From NCBI GenBank assembly GCA_011605725.1, contig JAAOZP010000009.1, positions 102,351 through 166,350 on the forward strand: a stretch of DNA of 64,000 bases, written 5' to 3'. Positions 59,272 to 64,000 of the stretch are shown here, piece after piece. Position numbers and translations under genes: made by a program. This DNA comes from Nitrososphaerota archaeon. GTDB taxonomy: Archaea; Thermoproteota; EX4484-205; JAAOZP01. The notes under the pieces are model-generated. The model did not search any database and was not told the origin of the DNA. It saw only the letters and a program-made list of their open reading frames with translations. Position 1 is the stretch's first letter. Each line of letters begins with the position of its first letter.

Positions 59272-59424
59272 ATGCCGGAACTTCAGTGCTTAGCATGCAA
59301 CAGGGTTATAAGCGAGGAGGAAATGTCAGAGTTTAGAGGAGACGTTAGATGTCCTTATTGCGGCTTCAGAGTTTTAAAGAAAACCCGTTCAAAAAAGATC
59401 GCTAAACAGGTTTTTGCTGAGTAA
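59272..59424 (+). CDS. rpoP: RNA polymerase subunit Rpo12/RpoP (not in ORF track)
   Basis: MPELQCLAC...VRCPYCGFRVLKK.R......V.AE, 50 aa. Confidence 0.9.
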   Translation: MPELQCLACNRVISEEEMSEFRGDVRCPYCGFRVLKKTRSKKIAKQVFAE

Positions 59425-59456
59425 ACTTTATATAAACCTTCCCAGGTTTTTACCGT

Positions 59457-59535
59457 GGAAACGGTGAGGGCGTCCTCCGTGTATTTGCTTGGTTCTAAAT
59501 ATCCGTGAGGACATCCCCCACCCTCACCGTTTTCC
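59457..59535 (+). other. long GC-clamped inverted repeat (candidate ncRNA or origin element)
   Basis: AAACGGTGAGGG/CCCTCACCGTTT perfect 12 bp, inner GTCCTC/GAGGAC and GTATTTG/TAAATAT stems; TTTATATAAA about 20-30 bp upstream. Confidence 0.55.
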
Positions 59536-59668
59536 GTTAAACAGATTGCACAAAGTTATTCCAATTTTCTACTGTTCAAGTTTTAAAGAGGTTCATCCCT
59601 GGCAAACGGGTAAAAATTATTGTCTGAAAACAAAGTTTTTAAACTGCTTAAAGAGTTTTTTGGAAGAA

Positions 59669-59757
59669 GGGGTCGTCGTCTAGAGTTAAACGGGCAGCTT
59701 GGTCTAGGATACCAGCCTGGGGCGCTGGCGACCTGGGTTCAAATCCCGGCGACCCCA
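59669..59757 (+). tRNA. tRNA-Pro(GGG) with 14-nt intron at position 15/16 (59684-59697); CCA not encoded
   Basis: Acceptor GGGGTCG/CGACCCC, anticodon arm CCAGC-CTGGGGC-GCTGG, T arm GTTCAAATC; removing AGTTAAACGGGCAG restores the D arm. TTTTTAAA promoter upstream. Confidence 0.93.
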
Positions 59758-59810
59758 AATTTTCATTGGGTTCATAAGATTTATTAGAAACCTTAGCCAC
59801 TATTATCCAG

Positions 59811-61100
59811 ATGCCTTACAAGGGTGTTGAGAGCTTAAGGATAGAGGAGGAATGCGTGAGAAAATGGGTCTCAGACTTGAACCCGCATACTGCTAAGCAC
59901 CATGCCTACTATTTTCTTCAGTACGTGAAGTGGTTTAAGCAGAACGGATACTGGCCTTCAGCTAAGGCGATGCTGGAAGAGTATGAGGGGCTTAGCCCTG
60001 AGGAGAGGTTTAAGCATGTCGACGTGATAAAGCAGTACGTTAGGTCTAAGGAAACAGGCTCCTCGGATAGGAGGAATGCTTTTTCAGCCATCAAGAGCTT
60101 TTACGAATACCATAGGTTTCCTTTGCCCAGGCTTCCTAAGACAGAGGTCTCCAGGCTTTTCAGGCCTTCTGAAACTGATAAGAAAAGGGCTATTGAGCTA
60201 ATGCCTTTGAAGGTTGAAGAAGTTAAGAGGCTTGTGCTCAACTCTCCACAGCCCTACAAGGCTGCCATAATGGTGATGTTTCAAAGCGCTATGGGTGTTG
60301 CCGAGTTCACTCAGTTCAACAATGGCGGGTGGCATAAGATTGTTAACGAGCTGGATAAGCCAGGGCCTTTGAGGATAGACCTTTACAGGGAGAAGACGAG
60401 CAGGGAGGCTGTGAAGAAGTACTATACTTTCATAGGTGAAGACGCTAAAAGCTTGGTAAAGGAATGGTTGAACATAAGGCCGAAGAAGGGCGAAGCCCTT
60501 TTCCTCACTTTCAACAAGATGAAAAGGGAATGGGTTCCGCTGCGCGGAGAGCTTGTTTCAAACATGATCACCATAGTTGCGAAGAAGATCGGGTTAATAA
60601 GACAGAACGGTTTGAATCGTTACCATGTGCATGCGCATGAGCTCAGGGATTTGTTCAAATCGCTCTGCACCTTGAGCGGTGTTAGCCCAATAGCTTCCGA
60701 GTTCTTCCTAGGTCATGAGATAGATAAGCTTGGTTACGATAAATCGCCCCAGTACGATGAGGAATGGTTCAGGAATGAGTATAGGAAAGTTGAGCCGAAG
60801 CTGAACATATTGTCGAATCCATCAGGCATGGAGCGTGAGAATGAGTTGAAGAAGTCTTTCAGGAGGGAGCTGCTCCTAGTAGCAGGATTCAAGGAAGAGG
60901 AGATAAATGAAGTTGACCTTGTGAAAATGAGCGATAGCGATTTTCAAAACATGGTCAAGGAAAAATTGCTCGGCAGTGTGAACAATAAGTCGAGGCAGAA
61001 GGTTGTAGCGTTAAGAGAGGTTGACAAGTATCTTGCTCAAGGCTGGGAGTTCGTCGCAGCATTGCCGAACAATAAAGCTATAATGAAGATTCCATCCTGA
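59811..61100 (+). CDS. tyrosine recombinase / integrase
   Basis: SAM-like N-domain (A.KSFY), R.KT, HELR, LGH and catalytic Y (LGYD); C-terminal QKVV...V..YL..GWE.V extension. Confidence 0.88.
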   Translation: MPYKGVESLRIEEECVRKWVSDLNPHTAKHHAYYFLQYVKWFKQNGYWPSAKAMLEEYEGLSPEERFKHVDVIKQYVRSKETGSSDRRNAFSAIKSFYEYHRFPLPRLPKTEVSRLFRPSETDKKRAIELMPLKVEEVKRLVLNSPQPYKAAIMVMFQSAMGVAEFTQFNNGGWHKIVNELDKPGPLRIDLYREKTSREAVKKYYTFIGEDAKSLVKEWLNIRPKKGEALFLTFNKMKREWVPLRGELVSNMITIVAKKIGLIRQNGLNRYHVHAHELRDLFKSLCTLSGVSPIASEFFLGHEIDKLGYDKSPQYDEEWFRNEYRKVEPKLNILSNPSGMERENELKKSFRRELLLVAGFKEEEINEVDLVKMSDSDFQNMVKEKLLGSVNNKSRQKVVALREVDKYLAQGWEFVAALPNNKAIMKIPS

Positions 61101-61166
61101 GCAACTCTTGCTTCCATATCAATTTTAACGTTTAAATCCCTTTCTTCTCAATAGTTTATCGATAGC

Positions 61167-63617
61167 ATGAGTCTAAGGGGAATCGGGGAGAGGAATGCTG
61201 TGAAGAATTTTGGAAAGAGCTTATCAGGTTTTAAGCTTGGTCTTGCTAGATTTAAGCCTGAAAAGCTTTTTGAAAAAAACATTCCGATCACTACAGAGAA
61301 TTTGGCTATAAACTTTGATGATTTGGGAAGGCCAAGCTTGACTTTAATAGGGGATTATTTTAAAGCTAGTAAGGAAGTTGCTGATTTGGTCGGAAAGCTT
61401 GCTGTTTCAGATACAGATAAAGCTTTAGAGCTTGAAGAGGCTTTCAGTTCTATCAAATCTTACGATGATTCTTACTTGTTCAAAGTTGCAGATTTTCTTG
61501 AAAGAAAGTATAAGGAAATAAATCCTTTGCAAGGTGTTCTTGAAAATAAGTGGCAAGAGGCTGAGGAAGAAGCTAAGTTAATTCTTGCAGACCAGCTTAG
61601 AAATTACTTCACGATTTGTAAAGCTAGAGGCGATGATAAGACTTTTTCCCAGTTTGTTGATGAAACTAAGAGAATATATAAAGGTCTTGCTCGCGATGCC
61701 ATAGAAATTGCGTCTCAAAGCTTAGGAGAAGATTTCTTGAGACTTACTAATCAAGAGGAGAAGAGGAGTAGAAATAAAAAGCTAGTTTTAGGCTTAAGTG
61801 CTTTGGGCTTAATAGCAGCAGCAAGCTTAGGAGCTTATCTCTACAAGCAGCATTTGGATAGAATTAAAGAAGAAGAAATGAAGAAGCCTTACAGGCAAGC
61901 TGGTCTTAGCGATGAGCAGGCTGAAGAGTTCATAGCTAGTTATCCTAAGCAGAATGGTAATTCTACCTGGGTAAGCTTTGCTAAGTCTTGGGCTAATGAT
62001 AAAGCTTTGGCTGAAGAGAGCTTGAAAATTTTTGGAAATTTGAAAGACAGCTTGGAGTACCTTTATTTTGTTAACAGTAATGGGTATGATGGGTTAAACT
62101 TTCTAAAAGATTTTCCACAGTTTGCTAAGAATTATGAAGAAGTTCTGCCAGCTTACTCTGCTAACTCAAGCTTAGTAAAAATTGTTTACGATCAGTTTCA
62201 GAGAGACCCTAGGATAAATTTAGACAGAAATGATTTGTTCTTGAAAGGTTTGAAAGAATACCAAGACTTGAATTTAATTAAGAAGAATCTGATGATTCAA
62301 ACTGTTCATGCTGTTAACAACTTAACTCTAGCTTACGAGCAAGGATTGCCAAGGCTTGATAAGGATTCAGTCTGGCTTTTAACAAACGCTACTCAAATCA
62401 GCAAGGATATTGCTGACTTCAGCCCGATAGTCTTTTACTCAATAGATGGAAATAACTATGTTCTCGAGATTAATGTTCCTAGGAATATTTGGATCTTAGC
62501 TGAGCATTTGAAGAGAATTCAAGACTCGGGTTTTGAAATAATAAAGCATCCTGAGATGTTTGAAGGCTTGAACGGCAAGGTTATAGCTAACGCTTGGTCT
62601 CTGTTCGATGCTAAGTATGGGATAAGCTATGCTGAGAAGGAGAAAAGCGGGAGGATTATCAAGCCTAGTGATAGAGATGTTTGGGACATAATAATGCTTC
62701 AATGGAATCTTTACTCTAACAAAGCGCCGCAGTTAAACGGATTAGAGAAAATTTACAATCGAGACTTTCCATGGTACGATTCAAATCAGCTTAAGCAGCT
62801 TTATCCTGACAAAAACGAAAGAAGGCAAGCTTTATTCTTTAAGTTCTACATACCCAATGCTACTTTTGATATGGAGAAGAGGGAAAGAGTTTATGGAGTA
62901 GAAGGAGCTAAGCTTAGCTTAACACAAGCTGAGAAAGAATATGAAACAATAACTTATCGCATTAATCATCCGAACGAGGATGTTCCAAAAGGCTATAAAT
63001 CTTGGGATGATTTAACATTAACTTGGTTTGGAGGTTTGCTCATTGACCGTGGAAATCATGGACTTTCTAATACAGTAAGCCAATTCATAGGACACGAGTA
63101 TCCAAACAATATCACCACCACACACCAATTTAACCAAATAATAGAAGATACGAACATAAACGGTATAACGCAGTACCTTAAAAAGAACTGGAAATACTGG
63201 GATTTGGTTAAGTTCATAGCTGGATATGAGAGATGGAATGTCGGAAATTACCCGCCTGCAATAGAAGAAGATGGAATTAATTATCTCATACCTCAAACTC
63301 TGCAAGCTTTTGGGTTTCCAGTCTATTTTGTTCATATAAATCCAACCCCGATAGGAGCTGCACAATATGAGTGGGCGGTTTCGCTACCCTATTATGTGGC
63401 TAGTGGAATGAAAAACGAGTTTGGTGAAAAGATACTGACTGGTCCTGCAAAAGGATTTGGATTATACTTGGTGAAAGACGGAATAGTTGAAGACGGAGTA
63501 AAAGAGCTTCTAGGATTTATCGGAGAAACAACCCTCTATCGAGGTAATAATGGAGTATTGGAATCAAACACATTGTTAGCTCCAGAAATCGGAATCTACC
63601 TCATGAAAAACCCCTAG
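61167..63617 (+). CDS. 816-aa membrane-anchored hypothetical protein
   Basis: Long ORF with a single TM (LVLGLSALGLIAAASLGAYLY) near aa 205-226 and a large C-terminal region with N-X-S/T sites. Confidence 0.75.
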   Translation: MSLRGIGERNAVKNFGKSLSGFKLGLARFKPEKLFEKNIPITTENLAINFDDLGRPSLTLIGDYFKASKEVADLVGKLAVSDTDKALELEEAFSSIKSYDDSYLFKVADFLERKYKEINPLQGVLENKWQEAEEEAKLILADQLRNYFTICKARGDDKTFSQFVDETKRIYKGLARDAIEIASQSLGEDFLRLTNQEEKRSRNKKLVLGLSALGLIAAASLGAYLYKQHLDRIKEEEMKKPYRQAGLSDEQAEEFIASYPKQNGNSTWVSFAKSWANDKALAEESLKIFGNLKDSLEYLYFVNSNGYDGLNFLKDFPQFAKNYEEVLPAYSANSSLVKIVYDQFQRDPRINLDRNDLFLKGLKEYQDLNLIKKNLMIQTVHAVNNLTLAYEQGLPRLDKDSVWLLTNATQISKDIADFSPIVFYSIDGNNYVLEINVPRNIWILAEHLKRIQDSGFEIIKHPEMFEGLNGKVIANAWSLFDAKYGISYAEKEKSGRIIKPSDRDVWDIIMLQWNLYSNKAPQLNGLEKIYNRDFPWYDSNQLKQLYPDKNERRQALFFKFYIPNATFDMEKRERVYGVEGAKLSLTQAEKEYETITYRINHPNEDVPKGYKSWDDLTLTWFGGLLIDRGNHGLSNTVSQFIGHEYPNNITTTHQFNQIIEDTNINGITQYLKKNWKYWDLVKFIAGYERWNVGNYPPAIEEDGINYLIPQTLQAFGFPVYFVHINPTPIGAAQYEWAVSLPYYVASGMKNEFGEKILTGPAKGFGLYLVKDGIVEDGVKELLGFIGETTLYRGNNGVLESNTLLAPEIGIYLMKNP

Positions 63618-63999
63618 AAAAAGGATTAAATTTAAGCAAAAAATCAAGCAAAGTTAGTTGTTTACTTGCTGAACTGACGAATCCTTCTGGCGGGTCGCAG
63701 AGATATTTCGGATTGTTAGTATAAATTCCTCTTTGCCAACATTTATATTGATTAACAGGATTGGAGTCAATATTAGGAGTAACACAGCACCAAGTGTCAT
63801 CACAATCTTCAGGAACAGAACAAGAACCTTTAGGCTGGCATGTGTGAGTTGAAGTATCACAAACTATTTTAGTATGGCTAACAGGATCATACCTATATTT
63901 TCCACTTGCATCTTTGCAATCATCATCACTTTGGCAGCAAACAACATTCGTGTTCGGATTCTTCACGCCTTTGCAATACGTATCCGCACAATCTTTAGC
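63601..63999 (-). CDS. cysteine-rich (probably secreted) protein, 5' truncated by the window edge
   Basis: Frame open to the edge (AKDCADTYCKG...); CC...DC, C....DC...CC repeats. Confidence 0.65.
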   Translation of the reverse strand, partial: AKDCADTYCKGVKNPNTNVVCCQSDDDCKDASGKYRYDPVSHTKIVCDTSTHTCQPKGSCSVPEDCDDTWCCVTPNIDSNPVNQYKCWQRGIYTNNPKYLCDPPEGFVSSASKQLTLLDFLLKFNPFSRGFS

Positions 64000-64000
64000 C

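Larger units (their letters stand above)
59758..64000. mobile_element. left part of an element integrated at tRNA-Pro
   Basis: Tyrosine integrase starts 54 bp after the tRNA 3' end and is followed by visibly AT-richer orphan genes; the distal att site is not in the window. Confidence 0.75.

Noticed and set aside
59489-59683. 64-aa ORF upstream of the tRNA
   Set aside because: Overlaps the hairpin, tRNA promoter and tRNA 5' exon; no protein features.

Overview
Archaeal chromosome segment from a TACK/Thermoproteota-type lineage, judged from eS26, eS30, a probable eL22, CdvA, GINS23, Nop5/fibrillarin, GatDE and a tRNA with a non-canonical intron. Brockarchaeota- or Bathyarchaeia-like is my inference only. 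Core content: a DHQ-synthase-II-to-PheA aromatic operon, a 1989-aa S-layer-like glycoprotein, translation and RNA-processing genes (thrS, proS, gatDE, elp3, trm11, rnz, thpR, cca), purA and prs, and a replication/division cluster (cdvA, hel308, mcm, gins23, rfcS/L, a divergent cdc6, rpoP). The window ends with tRNA-Pro(GGG), carrying a 14-nt intron at 15/16, followed by a tyrosine integrase and AT-rich cargo. Several small genes are missing from the ORF track (rps30e, rpoP, a 28-aa membrane peptide). Main discovery candidate: many small, integrase-free accessory cassettes between core genes (toxin-antitoxin pairs, a DUF5678-aspartyl protease pair, a nuclease/immunity-like pair, coiled-coil genes) are bracketed by degenerate 25-150 bp direct repeats of the neighbouring core gene end or promoter. 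At thrS and elp3 these repeats stack as serial copies. This looks like the footprint of an uncharacterised cassette-insertion mechanism. All alignments were done by eye and no database searches were run.
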